The notes: generated by a model not told the origin, from the letters alone. A DNA stretch of 64,000 nt from a bacterium (GCA_963681965.1 OY820579.1:1671379-1735378), one strand, 5' to 3'; counted from the stretch's first letter, positions 27,187 through 38,006 are shown. Numbers and translations: made by a program.

Positions 27187-28512
27187 TTGCTTCGATTCCG
27201 AGTATTCCTGTTCGCAGTAGTGCTGATCTCGACCATTCTCTCAGGTTGCGTCAATGAAAAAGACGAAACGGCGGTTTTGGATCAACCGACTACTGTTTCC
27301 GGGATAGCAATTGGTGTAAAAGATTCGATCTGGAATATCGTCGACAATGCACCCTACACGATCTCGATTCGGGTCGAAGGGGGTGGACGGGTGGATTCGA
27401 TCTGGGTTGAGATTCAAGCCGATTCTTCGTATCGATTTTCGTTAGCGGATGATGGTGGGAACGATACACTTTTCACCGGACACAGTTGGCTATTGAGTAA
27501 TTCCGGGGATCAAGTACCTCACGATGGACTTTGGACTCGCCGACTTCGATCGGGATTTGCTCCGATCGGATCTTATCCCGTTCATTATTTTGCGAAACTC
27601 GGTGAAACGATTTGGCAACTGACGACTCATTGGCAAGTAGTGAGTAATTTTGCCCCGCAAATTACGAATATTTCGGCACCGGATACGCTATTCAGTGGAA
27701 CGGAACAATCGTTGCTGGTCACAGTGGTCGATCCCGACACTTTGATTCAAACCGGGATCACTTCGATTACTGGTGAATTGTTCAAACATACCCCGACCGA
27801 TTCCAGTCGTCGCAAGACCTTCTCATTCGAACCACTTGGCGGTAATCAACAATGGCGATTCACATTACGCGACACTTTTGCGTTGAATTTGCATTCGGAT
27901 TGGTATAAAATCACGGCGACTGCAACGGATTTGTTTGGTGCGATCGGTAAAGGGTCGGATACGATCTGGATCGAGAACAAACCGCCTCACATTGATACGA
28001 TGGGTTTAACGGCAATTGCCTATGGTCCGGGTCTCACTCAACGCAATGCGGTACGAGGGTTGACTGCGGTATTGTGGGATTCGTTGGGTCGCGACGACGT
28101 CGATTCGGTATTGATTACTTTCCGGGTGTTCATTGACGATCCGCAATCGGCGCGGGATGTAATTAGTATGCGATTCGATTTATCGCGCACGATGCGGGGC
28201 GATACGGTGATTTATTCCCGCTTTGGAACGCGAAAGAATCCTGTAACCGGCGACAGTATCGACGGTGTCTGGTATGGTCAGATGCCGTCGTTGAATGCAA
28301 CGAATCGTCCTGGTGGTCCTGGCTACCGACGACCTCCATTCGACACTTATTTCGCAGTATTCACAGCGATGGATGGCGGGGGAAATGTTAGTGAAATCGA
28401 TACTTTGACATTTAATATCGTTCCGGATACGCTAGCACCGGCATTTTATAAACGACAGTCGACAACACCTAATTTTCATCAGTCGCAGTCCAACTTAATC
28501 CGAGGTAACTAA
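27187..28512 (+). CDS. Hypothetical lipoprotein (Ig-like beta-rich)
   Basis: Signal peptide with a lipobox LSGC. No recognisable catalytic motifs. Confidence 0.55.
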   Translation: MLRFRVFLFAVVLISTILSGCVNEKDETAVLDQPTTVSGIAIGVKDSIWNIVDNAPYTISIRVEGGGRVDSIWVEIQADSSYRFSLADDGGNDTLFTGHSWLLSNSGDQVPHDGLWTRRLRSGFAPIGSYPVHYFAKLGETIWQLTTHWQVVSNFAPQITNISAPDTLFSGTEQSLLVTVVDPDTLIQTGITSITGELFKHTPTDSSRRKTFSFEPLGGNQQWRFTLRDTFALNLHSDWYKITATATDLFGAIGKGSDTIWIENKPPHIDTMGLTAIAYGPGLTQRNAVRGLTAVLWDSLGRDDVDSVLITFRVFIDDPQSARDVISMRFDLSRTMRGDTVIYSRFGTRKNPVTGDSIDGVWYGQMPSLNATNRPGGPGYRRPPFDTYFAVFTAMDGGGNVSEIDTLTFNIVPDTLAPAFYKRQSTTPNFHQSQSNLIRGN

Positions 28513-28515
28513 GCC

Positions 28516-30009
28516 ATGCACAGGAACTGCTTACTGGTTTTCATTGTATTGATGTTGTGTCTGGCAGCAATCGCCTACGCGATGACACCTACCAGTTATC
28601 GGATACACGACGATAAAAATTTCGGTCGAGTTTCTTCGGCAGCTCCAGCATCAGATGGAAAACTGCTCTCGAATTCAGTAATCGATCAACGATTCGATGC
28701 TTCTCGCAACGCTTTCTGGTTGGCAACTGGAAACGGCATCAATTATTGGCACATTACCTCAGCCGATAGTTCCATGCAATCTTTTGTTTCGGGTGTTGCA
28801 ATCGGTAATGGCGGTGTCAGTGCAATCGTTCCGACGACCCGTTCAGTATGGGCTGCCACTGCCTTCGATACTACGATAAAGGGTGAAGTTTTTCCCGCAG
28901 GTGGCGGAATAGGGTATACGACGAACGATGGGATAACTTGGACCTGGATGCATCAACCAGTCGATCGACGCGACGAAACCCGGTACAAACCGACTTCAAC
29001 TGTCGTTTACAATATCGCCTATGATCTCGCAGTGACCGATAGTGCGGTGTGGGCTGCCTGTTTTGGCGGTGGTCTGCGAAAATTCCGATTTAGCGATTCG
29101 ACATGGAGTGTGGTTGCTCCCGATACGAACGAATTCTCCTCCGGCGATTATTTGAATCATCGTGTATTTTCGGTTTTGGCGATCAACGATTCAGTGATTT
29201 GGTGCGGAACGGCGGGTGGTATCAATTTATCACAGGATGGCGGAAACAGTTGGGAGAATTTTCATTTCATTCCAAACAATGTTCAAACGCTTCAAGGCAA
29301 TTTTGTTGTGGCACTTCATCGCCAAGTAACTCGAACTGGGCGAGAAATCATCTGGGCATCGACTTGGAAAGCGGAAGATCCCAGCGAAGAGTATGGTTTG
29401 TGTTGGTCCGATAATTTGGGTGCCTCTTGGAATCGAACTCTTGAAGGAGTGAAGATTCACAACATTACTTCGGTCGATAGCGTGGTATATGCCGTCGGTC
29501 CCGATGGTTTGTTCAAATCGAATGACTATGGCGAGACTTGGGGCAATTTTCCCAACATGATCGATTGGCGCGGAAACGAACGATTCGGCGAAACAGAATT
29601 GTATTCGGTGGCGATCGGCAATCATCGATTATCGGTCGGTGGTCCCGATGGTTGGGCGACGAGTAACGACTTAGGTGGTAGCTGGTCAATCGGTCGATCT
29701 TTTGTGTCGACTACCGAAGCCGAACAACCATCGATCTATGCCTATCCCAATCCATTCAGTCCACAACGCTTCGGACTTGTGCGATTTCAGTACAATCTTG
29801 CGAACTCCGGCAACGTGACGCTTACGCTATTCAATTATGCGATGGAAAAAGCGGGCACGATCATTAAAAATGCCAGCCGACCGGCAGGTGACAATACTGA
29901 ATTGTGGAATGGTCGCTTCGGTAGTTCTACTCTGGCAAATGGTGTGTATTTCTACCGACTGGAAAAGCCGGGTGGCGAGTTCTGGGGAAAAATTATCATT
30001 CTCGATTAA
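28516..30009 (+). CDS. BNR/Asp-box repeat (beta-propeller) protein with a T9SS C-terminal sorting domain
   Basis: Signal peptide. Asp-box repeats (SQDGGNSWENF, SNDYGETWGNF, SNDLGGSWS). Por CTD (YAYPNPFSPQ...GVYFYRLEKPGG). Confidence 0.8.
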   Translation: MHRNCLLVFIVLMLCLAAIAYAMTPTSYRIHDDKNFGRVSSAAPASDGKLLSNSVIDQRFDASRNAFWLATGNGINYWHITSADSSMQSFVSGVAIGNGGVSAIVPTTRSVWAATAFDTTIKGEVFPAGGGIGYTTNDGITWTWMHQPVDRRDETRYKPTSTVVYNIAYDLAVTDSAVWAACFGGGLRKFRFSDSTWSVVAPDTNEFSSGDYLNHRVFSVLAINDSVIWCGTAGGINLSQDGGNSWENFHFIPNNVQTLQGNFVVALHRQVTRTGREIIWASTWKAEDPSEEYGLCWSDNLGASWNRTLEGVKIHNITSVDSVVYAVGPDGLFKSNDYGETWGNFPNMIDWRGNERFGETELYSVAIGNHRLSVGGPDGWATSNDLGGSWSIGRSFVSTTEAEQPSIYAYPNPFSPQRFGLVRFQYNLANSGNVTLTLFNYAMEKAGTIIKNASRPAGDNTELWNGRFGSSTLANGVYFYRLEKPGGEFWGKIIILD

Positions 30010-30077
30010 TCGAATCGAATTGCCACATTATTAACCAATGGATCTAGTGAATAGCACAATCGGTACGATGAGGAAAC

Positions 30078-31022
30078 ATGCATAAAATACTATTCATTCT
30101 GCTACTACTAGCGATCACGCTTTCGTGTGCTGCTCAAGACAACGCGGGAATGATGGCTGGTAGTTTTGAACGGATTGGCGTATCGGCACGTACGCGAGCC
30201 ATGGGAAATGCCGGAACGGCAATTGCCGAAGGGTATAGCACTGCTTACGACAATCCCGCATTTCTTCCGGTTCTTCCGAAAAAATCTGCCGGTGTGACGA
30301 TGAATCGGTTGGCGCTCGACCGCAAATTTACTCATCTTGGTTTCGTGTCGCCGTTAAAAGGCGGTGCCGGAGTATCGCTCTGGTGGATCAATGCCGGTGT
30401 CGAGAACATCGATAGTCGCGATCAGGATGGCAATAAACTCGATCAACTAAGCTATTACGACAATGCTTTTGCATTGGGGTTTGCAATCTCACCTGTACCG
30501 GAAAAAGTATCGATCGGTTTAAATTTCAAAGTGTTCTATGGTCTTTTTCCACGGATTAAAGACGACGGCAAAGCGATCAAAGGGAATGGTTTGGGTTTCG
30601 ATGTCGGTACTCGCATTGCCCTCCCATATCACCTAACTGCAGGAGTTGTACTCCACGATCTAGGTGGTAAGTATACCTGGAATAGCGATGGCTACTGGAG
30701 TCAAGGATCAACAAAGATCGACAAATTTCCAGTCCAGACACGTCTCGGTATGGCTTATAACAATAATGGAATCACTGGAACGGTCGATGGTGAATTGACG
30801 ACTGGTCAACAAAAGCTCCGCGTAGGCGCTGAATACCGGTATCGGGAAGATGAACCGATCGGTGGTGCGCTTCGGGCGGGGATGGATGGAGCATCACCAA
30901 GTTTCGGATTCGGAGTGCACTGGTTGCTGGGTAAGCTTCCGACCAATTTAGATTATGCTTATGTCCTCGATGCCATTGCTCCGACCGATACGCAAGTGTT
31001 GACTTGGTCGGTAAGTTTCTAA
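30078..31022 (+). CDS. Outer-membrane beta-barrel of the PorQ/PorV/UPF0164 (FadL-like) type; likely T9SS-associated
   Basis: Signal peptide. N-terminal signature SARTRAMGNAGTAIAEGYSTAYDNPAFL, which matches the [GS]AR..A.GGA..A..D...A...NPA.L pattern. C-terminal Phe. Directly downstream of a T9SS cargo gene. Confidence 0.5.
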   Translation: MHKILFILLLLAITLSCAAQDNAGMMAGSFERIGVSARTRAMGNAGTAIAEGYSTAYDNPAFLPVLPKKSAGVTMNRLALDRKFTHLGFVSPLKGGAGVSLWWINAGVENIDSRDQDGNKLDQLSYYDNAFALGFAISPVPEKVSIGLNFKVFYGLFPRIKDDGKAIKGNGLGFDVGTRIALPYHLTAGVVLHDLGGKYTWNSDGYWSQGSTKIDKFPVQTRLGMAYNNNGITGTVDGELTTGQQKLRVGAEYRYREDEPIGGALRAGMDGASPSFGFGVHWLLGKLPTNLDYAYVLDAIAPTDTQVLTWSVSF

Positions 31023-31169
31023 TCCAAGATTGATCTTGAGTTGGGGTGAATTGCGTAGAAGAAAAATTCTACGCAATTTTTCATTCGAGTCCGACGGTGT
31101 CAAATCTTCATCCAATCTCGTATTGTTTAGTAGTATTCATTTTCGAGGTAAAGGTAATCAAATCGATAC

Positions 31170-33008
31170 ATGAGTAAATTTCTCGACACGATTGATCAAC
31201 GAGTAATTGTCGCCGATGGTGCGATGGGCACACAACTATATGCCCAAGGGATTCCCTTTCATCGCTGCTACGATAGCCTCAATTTAACCGATCCGGTTCG
31301 GATCGAACGCATCCACCGTAGCTACATCGCAGCCGGAGCTGAGCTGATCGAGACTAACACTTTTGGGGCGAATCGTGTACGACTGAGTGCATTTGGATTA
31401 AGTGATCGAGTTGTCGATATCAATCGTCGTGGTGCCGAGATCGCACGCTGGGTTGCTGGTAACGATCGCTTTATCGCGGGATCGATTTCTTCGCTAGGAA
31501 AACCGTTGGCTCCCATCGGTAAAATTTCTCATGAAACCGCTCGCGATGTTTTTCGGGAACAAGCGACGGCATTGATCGAGGGCGGCGTCGATGTATTATT
31601 GCTGGAAACCTTCACTTCGCTCTCCGAAGCGTTGGTTGCGCTACAGGGTGTAAAGCCGGTTGCAGTAGAACATGATATTCCCGTCTGGTTACAAATCACC
31701 TTTACCGAAGAGGGAAAAACATTAGTTGGCGACAAACCGGAGGAGGTCGCGAGGAAATTGCGCGATGCCGGTGCCGATGGTATTGGATCGAATTGTTCGA
31801 TGGGTCCGCAAGTACTATTCGAAGTAATGGAACGGATGACCCGGGTAGACGGAATCCGCTTTTCCTGTCAACCGAATGCTGGTTTGCCGCAAGTGATCGA
31901 AGGGCGGTATGTCTATCTTGCCAGTCCAAGTTACTTTGCCGAATACGCGGAACGATTCCGGTCGCTCGGAATTTCATTGATTGGCGGATGTTGCGGTACT
32001 ACACCGGAACATATCAAAGCAATTAGCGAAATGGTTGGTGGAAAGTCGATCGATCATTCGACCACGCGCGAGATTTTTACCATTACTTCGATCGATAGCG
32101 AACCGGAAAAAAAAACGGAAGAATTGATTGAACCGGAACGATTTATCGATCGATTAATCGGAGACGAGTATTATATCTCGGTGGAAATCGATCCGCCTCG
32201 TGGTGTAAATAGCGAGAAGCTGGTTCAGGGGGCAAAACTCTGCAAAGCTGGTGGTATTCATTGTGTGAATGTCGCCGACAGCCCCTTGGCACGTGCCCGG
32301 ATGTCGCCATTAGCATTATCGCATATCATTCGCGATGCGGTCGGTATTGAAATTATTCTGCACATGAGTTGTCGCGACCGGAATGTTCTGGCAACCCAAG
32401 CCGAATTGATGGGTGCTCACGCGCTGCAGATCAGGAATATTTTGGCAGTAACCGGAGATCCACCGATTTTGGGCGACTATCCCGATGCGAAAGGAGTGTT
32501 CGAACTAGATAGCGTCAGCTTAACAAGATTGATCGGGACACTCAATCAGGGGATGGATCTTTCCGGTCGGAAATTGGATTCGCCATGCTATTTTTCAATC
32601 GGTGTCGCACTTAACCCAACAGCCGAAAAGATGGAAGCCGAGTTGGAAAAATATGCCCGCAAAATCGAAGCTGGTGCGATGTTTGCCATGACACAACCGC
32701 TATTCGACCCGGATATTTTAGCAACCTTTTTAGCTAAATGGAATGGACCGAAGCTCCCGGTGATGGTGGGTGTGCTACCGTTACGGAATACGAAACATGC
32801 CGAGTATATCCATAATGAAGTTCCGGGTATGACAGTTCCGGAATCGGTTCGAAAGCGGATGTATGCGGCTGGGGAGGATGGACCGAAAGAAGGTGTTAAG
32901 ATTGCACAAGAGTTTCTTAAGGAAGCCAAACAGATGAGTGCAGGATTATATTTAATGCCTCCATTCAATAAATTCGAAATGGCAGTTGAAATTGTTCAAG
33001 TACTGTAG
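31170..33008 (+). CDS. yitJ: Bifunctional homocysteine S-methyltransferase / 5,10-methylenetetrahydrofolate reductase (YitJ-like)
   Basis: N-terminal Hcy-binding domain (ADGAMGTQL...ELIETNTFGAN) plus a C-terminal MetF-like domain. 612 aa, like B. subtilis YitJ. Confidence 0.85.
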   Translation: MSKFLDTIDQRVIVADGAMGTQLYAQGIPFHRCYDSLNLTDPVRIERIHRSYIAAGAELIETNTFGANRVRLSAFGLSDRVVDINRRGAEIARWVAGNDRFIAGSISSLGKPLAPIGKISHETARDVFREQATALIEGGVDVLLLETFTSLSEALVALQGVKPVAVEHDIPVWLQITFTEEGKTLVGDKPEEVARKLRDAGADGIGSNCSMGPQVLFEVMERMTRVDGIRFSCQPNAGLPQVIEGRYVYLASPSYFAEYAERFRSLGISLIGGCCGTTPEHIKAISEMVGGKSIDHSTTREIFTITSIDSEPEKKTEELIEPERFIDRLIGDEYYISVEIDPPRGVNSEKLVQGAKLCKAGGIHCVNVADSPLARARMSPLALSHIIRDAVGIEIILHMSCRDRNVLATQAELMGAHALQIRNILAVTGDPPILGDYPDAKGVFELDSVSLTRLIGTLNQGMDLSGRKLDSPCYFSIGVALNPTAEKMEAELEKYARKIEAGAMFAMTQPLFDPDILATFLAKWNGPKLPVMVGVLPLRNTKHAEYIHNEVPGMTVPESVRKRMYAAGEDGPKEGVKIAQEFLKEAKQMSAGLYLMPPFNKFEMAVEIVQVL

Positions 33009-33028
33009 AATTCAATAAATATAGTATT

Positions 33029-33058
33029 GATAACCGCTGTAGTCGCGGTTATTTTTTT
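33029..33058 (+). terminator. Rho-independent terminator
   Basis: TAACCGC-TGTAGTC-GCGGTTA followed by T7. Confidence 0.7.
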
Positions 33059-33281
33059 AGAAGTTATCGTCAATCATACAAGAGAAAGGCGAAACTGTTA
33101 ATATACGTGCGGTATACCTATCTTTCGAAAATTTCTTGGTTATTATTGCCCTTATGCATTGCCCTCATTACTTTGCAATTCCGATCAGATGTAACTTCGA
33201 TTTTTTTTCCGATTCTTTCCACGCATTTTCTGAATAAATAGTACTAAGATGCAAAGTCCTGTTTTTTAAAAGGGGATAAAC

Positions 33282-33884
33282 ATGTACTTGAAAATTGGAT
33301 CAACGATTCTGTTTGTGTTTTTGTTATTTACTTTCGCTTTTGGGGCAAATTTGGAAAAAGGGTCATCGATTATTGGGGGTACAGCCTCGTATTTTTCGCG
33401 AAAATATTCCGATAGTCCGACTTCAGTAGGGTTTCAATTAACTCCCAGTTATACTTATGCATTTAATCCCAATTTTGGGTTAGGTATTAAAGGGAATTAT
33501 TCGAGCACAAAGTATTTAGATGTAACTTTTAAGTCGGTTAGTGTCGCACCAACTGTTACCTGTTTTATCAACGTCGAAAATCAAAACGTTATTCCCTATA
33601 CTAGCATCGGAGTGTATTTGCTATCAAAAAGCGATGGTGGTAATTCTACGGTGAAAGAGACCTGTCAAATTCCCGAGTTATCATTGGGAATCTTATGCAA
33701 AGTATCCAGTGGACTGGCGATCGATATCAGGGCAGTGTACTACGAATCGGAAACGACCTCCGAAAGTAATTCTTATGACTATTATGGGAGCAGTTACTCC
33801 GATCAAACCAGTTACAAGCAGAAGGTTTTCAAAGTCGAATTCGGGCTAATGGGAATTCTAACGCCCAATACTTCGAGTCAATAG
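33282..33884 (+). CDS. Small outer-membrane beta-barrel protein (OmpW/OmpA-like fold), hypothetical
   Basis: Signal peptide. Alternating hydrophobic beta-strand pattern. 200 aa. Confidence 0.5.
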   Translation: MYLKIGSTILFVFLLFTFAFGANLEKGSSIIGGTASYFSRKYSDSPTSVGFQLTPSYTYAFNPNFGLGIKGNYSSTKYLDVTFKSVSVAPTVTCFINVENQNVIPYTSIGVYLLSKSDGGNSTVKETCQIPELSLGILCKVSSGLAIDIRAVYYESETTSESNSYDYYGSSYSDQTSYKQKVFKVEFGLMGILTPNTSSQ

Positions 33885-33905
33885 TGTCCACAAAACAAAT
33901 GAGTA

Positions 33906-33941
33906 AGAAAAAACGGGCTTCCCGAAGGAAGCCCGTTTTTC
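33906..33941. terminator. Bidirectional rho-independent terminator
   Basis: AAACGGGCTTCC-CGAA-GGAAGCCCGTTT flanked by A- and T-runs. Lies between convergent genes. Confidence 0.7.
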
Positions 33942-33966
33942 GTACAAAAGATGTAATTAAGAATAA

Positions 33967-35100
33967 TTACTTCGTCGGCATATAGCGTAGCGATGCCATC
34001 GTCGACCAACCGGTGGAAGATGCACCAGTTAGGAAATAGGGACCACGATTGATGACGCCCGGATCGACATTCAGATCCAGCATGAAATCACCCTTGCGCA
34101 TTCCCGCGCCGAGGTACAACGAAGTCGTGGAAGATCCCCACTCTTTGTTGTTGTCTTCGGAATAGGTTTCCCAATTTCGAACTGCACCAATACGCGCCGT
34201 CAACCAATTGGTAACTGGGGTCTCGAAACCAAACGAATAATAAGGAAGAGTGTTTTCGCTGATTTTCGTCGTTGTGGATGGACCACCAGTCGGTTCAACT
34301 TTATTCTCGGTGCTTGACGTTTGGATACCAAAGTCGGCAACAAAAAGTGTGCTTTCGGTAATCCAAGTATTGAAACCAGCGCCAAGTGCAATCGACGTAG
34401 TCTTATCCGAGGCTTTGCCAACACCTGTTTGGTCGACACCCTGATTTTCGGAAGAGAACATGAAATAGGGGATCACATAGGAGTGATCTTCTACCTGCCA
34501 CCAATAGCGGGCATTCAAATCCATTAAGAAACCGCCATTGGGTTTGGAAGCATCGTCACCGGCAGCGTCTTTATCGGTAAAGCTGTGAGTGCGAATATTT
34601 AAACCGACATCGAGTTTCTCGATGAATGTCGCACCAAAACCGACACCCATATAAGTCTGCGAACGTTCGGTTTTATCGCCTGCAACTTTCGATTTCCAGC
34701 TATTTTGGTAAATATTCAGGTTCATACCGAACGGGATATCGCCAAGTTTGCGACCATAGTACAGATTTAACTTCGGTGCGGTATTGACATCGGTTGCACC
34801 GTTTTCTTTCACTTGGGGTCCGTACATTCCACCTTCCGGAATGCCTTCAGTGGTTAGATACATAGCGTACACGGCATCACGAACTTTATAGTGACCACCG
34901 ATTGAATATAGATTTGCTCCATCGATTTCCATCGAAGCAAAAATTGGGTAGTTATTGATCGCTTGGGGATAAAGCTCGATATTAGCCTTGTCCTTGACGA
35001 TGTGGTTCACTTCACCTAATGTGAGCACGCGAACGCGAGTCGCGCTAGCTACACTGACAAGCAGAACGATTAAAGCTAAACTTAATAGCTTACGGTTCAT
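33967..35100 (-). CDS. Outer-membrane porin-like beta-barrel protein, hypothetical
   Basis: Signal peptide (MNRKLLSLALIVLLVSVASA). 377 aa, beta-rich, aromatic-rich C-terminus. Confidence 0.5.
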   Translation of the reverse strand: MNRKLLSLALIVLLVSVASATRVRVLTLGEVNHIVKDKANIELYPQAINNYPIFASMEIDGANLYSIGGHYKVRDAVYAMYLTTEGIPEGGMYGPQVKENGATDVNTAPKLNLYYGRKLGDIPFGMNLNIYQNSWKSKVAGDKTERSQTYMGVGFGATFIEKLDVGLNIRTHSFTDKDAAGDDASKPNGGFLMDLNARYWWQVEDHSYVIPYFMFSSENQGVDQTGVGKASDKTTSIALGAGFNTWITESTLFVADFGIQTSSTENKVEPTGGPSTTTKISENTLPYYSFGFETPVTNWLTARIGAVRNWETYSEDNNKEWGSSTTSLYLGAGMRKGDFMLDLNVDPGVINRGPYFLTGASSTGWSTMASLRYMPTK

Positions 35101-35440
35101 AGAGATAGTCTCCTACACGATTAAACGGATCGGTTTGGATCATTCAAGATCGGTAGCTGAAGACGGTCAACCGATCAGGAAAAGTATAGAACCATTGGGA
35201 GCAGCTCTTCGAGGTACATCACGATTCCGGTCTTAAAATACAAATATGAGGCCTCAAAAGCAATACCAGCGCGGGATAAATACTAATAAGTTTGCTGAAT
35301 TAGTCGATTTACTCTCTGATTGAGACCGGAAGTTAAGGAAATTCCTCAAATTCTCAACCGGCTTGCATCGCTTCCCTACATTTGCTTATTTTACTCTACT
35401 TCTAATTGTCCTACAGATCGCTCGACTGCTGAGGTGAAGA

Positions 35441-36403
35441 ATGCGGATTTTTAAGTCGGTTTCTTTTTTGTTGTTAATGCTAGCATTAATGCTAATTGGC
35501 ATGCCGTTATTTTCGGGGTGTGGACGTAACTCTACTGACCCGATCGTCACGACACGATCCCCTTCCGAAGATGACGATACTCGTTTAGCGTATTATGCCA
35601 TCGAGACCTTCGACAAATTTATGCTTTCGATCGAGCAGTCTAAGAGTCGCTTTGGAGTCAATGGCGGTGTCGATTATTCGGTGTATACTCCTGTTGGCTG
35701 GGATACTTTGATTCCACGTGATACTACCGAGCAACCGACTACGGAAAAATTGCTTTCCGTACCGTGGAGCAATTTGCTCTATCAAAGCCTCTATCAAGAG
35801 TCGGAACTGTCGAGAATTCAGTTCGATAAAGACCTCGATGCCGGCATCGCGTTGCGACCAGCACGGGTTTTCTGGGGCTTCTATCGGTATGGTGCATTAG
35901 GCATTTCAGTACGCGGAATTCCCGATTCGATTCGCGAACGATATCGCAATCTTCCCTTCGACGGTCTCGATTACGAAATGAAATATTCTAACAATTACCG
36001 CGACCCACGCTTTTTCAGTGGACAGGGCGCATTTACTGGTGTTGTCAATGTGAATGTCACCTATGCCGGTGGTCGAGCGAATTCCAATCAATCCGATACG
36101 GTTACTGCAAAGATCGAATTCGACAACGTCGGATATCAAATTGGCGACAATAGCGCACACTTTAAACTATCTGCCAATCTTCCCTATTACAATATGTTGA
36201 CCGATTTCTACTCATTCTCGCGTAAACCGTTGGAAGTCGAAATCAACGTAAGTCAGAATGGTCGAGGTAGTGGAACAATCTGGTACGGCGGGTCCGAACG
36301 AGTGCATATCTATTTCGAAGGACGTCCGTATTATTACACCGGAACTTTCCGAATCGGTCTCGACAATTTTGCGAAATCGCACACGATTCCATCTACATTC
36401 TGA
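35441..36403 (+). CDS. Hypothetical lipoprotein
   Basis: Signal peptide with a lipobox (LFSGC). Confidence 0.5.
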   Translation: MRIFKSVSFLLLMLALMLIGMPLFSGCGRNSTDPIVTTRSPSEDDDTRLAYYAIETFDKFMLSIEQSKSRFGVNGGVDYSVYTPVGWDTLIPRDTTEQPTTEKLLSVPWSNLLYQSLYQESELSRIQFDKDLDAGIALRPARVFWGFYRYGALGISVRGIPDSIRERYRNLPFDGLDYEMKYSNNYRDPRFFSGQGAFTGVVNVNVTYAGGRANSNQSDTVTAKIEFDNVGYQIGDNSAHFKLSANLPYYNMLTDFYSFSRKPLEVEINVSQNGRGSGTIWYGGSERVHIYFEGRPYYYTGTFRIGLDNFAKSHTIPSTF

Positions 36404-36423
36404 TCGATCATTTCGGTAGATAT

Positions 36424-36460
36424 TAAAAAACAGGCGGGAATGAATTCCCGCCTGTTTTTT
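36424..36460. terminator. Bidirectional rho-independent terminator
   Basis: AACAGGCGGGAAT-GA-ATTCCCGCCTGTT flanked by A6 and T6. Confidence 0.7.
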
Positions 36461-36476
36461 ATTGCTACAACTATAT

Positions 36477-37457
36477 TTATTCGCCCTCTGAAACTTTGTC
36501 CAATCTCGACACTTCATCCGAAGATAATTTTACCTCAATTGCAGGCAGTAGTTCTTCCAATTGCGCAATCGATGTGGCACCAATGATTGGACTTGTCATC
36601 CACGGTTTTGCTAGTAACCACGCGAGAGCAATCTGCGATAATTTCGCGTGATGATGATTCGCAATTTGCTCCATTTCATGAATTATTCCTTGGACACGAG
36701 GCGTTAACTTTTCAAGTGCCCGACCGTTCATCGTATGACGCGCTCCTGCCGGTAACGCAACCGAAGATTGGTATTTTCCAGTTAACAAACCACCTTCAAG
36801 AGGACTATAGGGTATTAATCCGATGTGTTCCTCGATCAGTGCGGGGAGTAGATCGGTTTCAAAGCTTTTCCGTAACGTGAGATTGTATTTCGGTTGGCTA
36901 GATACCGGTAGGGGTAGATTTTCCGACCGAGCAAATCGACAAATTTCGCGGTGCTGATCACCGGAAAAGTTGGAGAGACCGAGCCATCGTACTTTACCAT
37001 CACGAACGAGTGTACTGAGCGCTTGCCACGTTTCTTCGATCGGAGTATTGGAGTCGGGAAAATGACACTGGTAGAGATCGATTGTATCAATCTGAAGCCT
37101 TCGGAGGGAATCTTCAACTGCTCGGGCGATGTGTTTTGCCGAAAGCCCTTCGCCATCTTCGCCTTCCCACATTTGACCACGTACTTTGGTCGCAATTACT
37201 ACGTTATTCCGGGATTTTCCAATCGATGTAGATTGTTTCAACCAATTTCCGATAAACGTCTCAGAAACGCCGCCCGGATTTCCCGGTACCCACCTGCTAT
37301 AAACATCGGCAGTATCGATGAAATTTATCCCTCCATCAACAGCGCGATCAAGGATACGGTGCGATTCGGGTTCATCGTTTGCCCAACCCATCGTCATCGT
37401 TCCCAGACAGAGTGGCGAAACTTGAAGGTCACTTTTTCCAAGTTGAATCAACTGCAT
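36477..37457 (-). CDS. Aldo/keto reductase family oxidoreductase
   Basis: MQLIQLGKSDLQVSPLCLGTMTMGW... AKR signature with the catalytic-tetrad region. 326 aa. Confidence 0.85.
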   Translation of the reverse strand: MQLIQLGKSDLQVSPLCLGTMTMGWANDEPESHRILDRAVDGGINFIDTADVYSRWVPGNPGGVSETFIGNWLKQSTSIGKSRNNVVIATKVRGQMWEGEDGEGLSAKHIARAVEDSLRRLQIDTIDLYQCHFPDSNTPIEETWQALSTLVRDGKVRWLGLSNFSGDQHREICRFARSENLPLPVSSQPKYNLTLRKSFETDLLPALIEEHIGLIPYSPLEGGLLTGKYQSSVALPAGARHTMNGRALEKLTPRVQGIIHEMEQIANHHHAKLSQIALAWLLAKPWMTSPIIGATSIAQLEELLPAIEVKLSSDEVSRLDKVSEGE

Positions 37458-37460
37458 TTA

Positions 37461-38006
37461 TTATCCTCTCGACAAAAATTCTTGATGAGGTGTTTTCGTT
37501 AACCAACAATTTGGTTCGTGTTTGATCGGAAAGACACCAATACTCAATAAAAACTCATTCACAATTTCCGAACCGACGAATTTGAATTCCTGCTTGAATG
37601 CTTTTACCCAATTCGGTAGATCCAATTTTCGAGCAGCATTATTGACTAGCCAGGCGTCGAAACTGGATCCATTCCGCTGGAATTCCAGCAGCCGATTGGC
37701 ATTGGCAATGATTGCCTCGATCTTTTTCCGGTTTCGGATAATCCCGGCATCGCTGCAAAGTCGATCGACATCGCTTTCGGTATAATTTGCAACAACCGGA
37801 ATTTGAAATTTGTCGAAAGCGGTGCGTATTGCATCGCGTTTCTTTAATACGATAAGCCATGACAATCCCGCTTGCATTTGTTCCAGTGCCAATCGTTCAA
37901 GCAGTAAATTGTCATCGTGTAACGGTACGCCATACTCATCATCGTGATATGTCAGATAAAGGGGGTGTGATTCCGCCCAAGCGCACCGAGTTCGAATAGT
38001 TTCCAT
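37461..38006 (-). CDS. tag: DNA-3-methyladenine glycosylase I
   Basis: RCAW...YHDDEYGVP...LFERLALEQMQAGLSW conserved Tag motifs. The start is set at the internal ATG (METIRTRC), so that it does not overlap metK and its terminator. Confidence 0.8.
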   Translation of the reverse strand: METIRTRCAWAESHPLYLTYHDDEYGVPLHDDNLLLERLALEQMQAGLSWLIVLKKRDAIRTAFDKFQIPVVANYTESDVDRLCSDAGIIRNRKKIEAIIANANRLLEFQRNGSSFDAWLVNNAARKLDLPNWVKAFKQEFKFVGSEIVNEFLLSIGVFPIKHEPNCWLTKTPHQEFLSRG

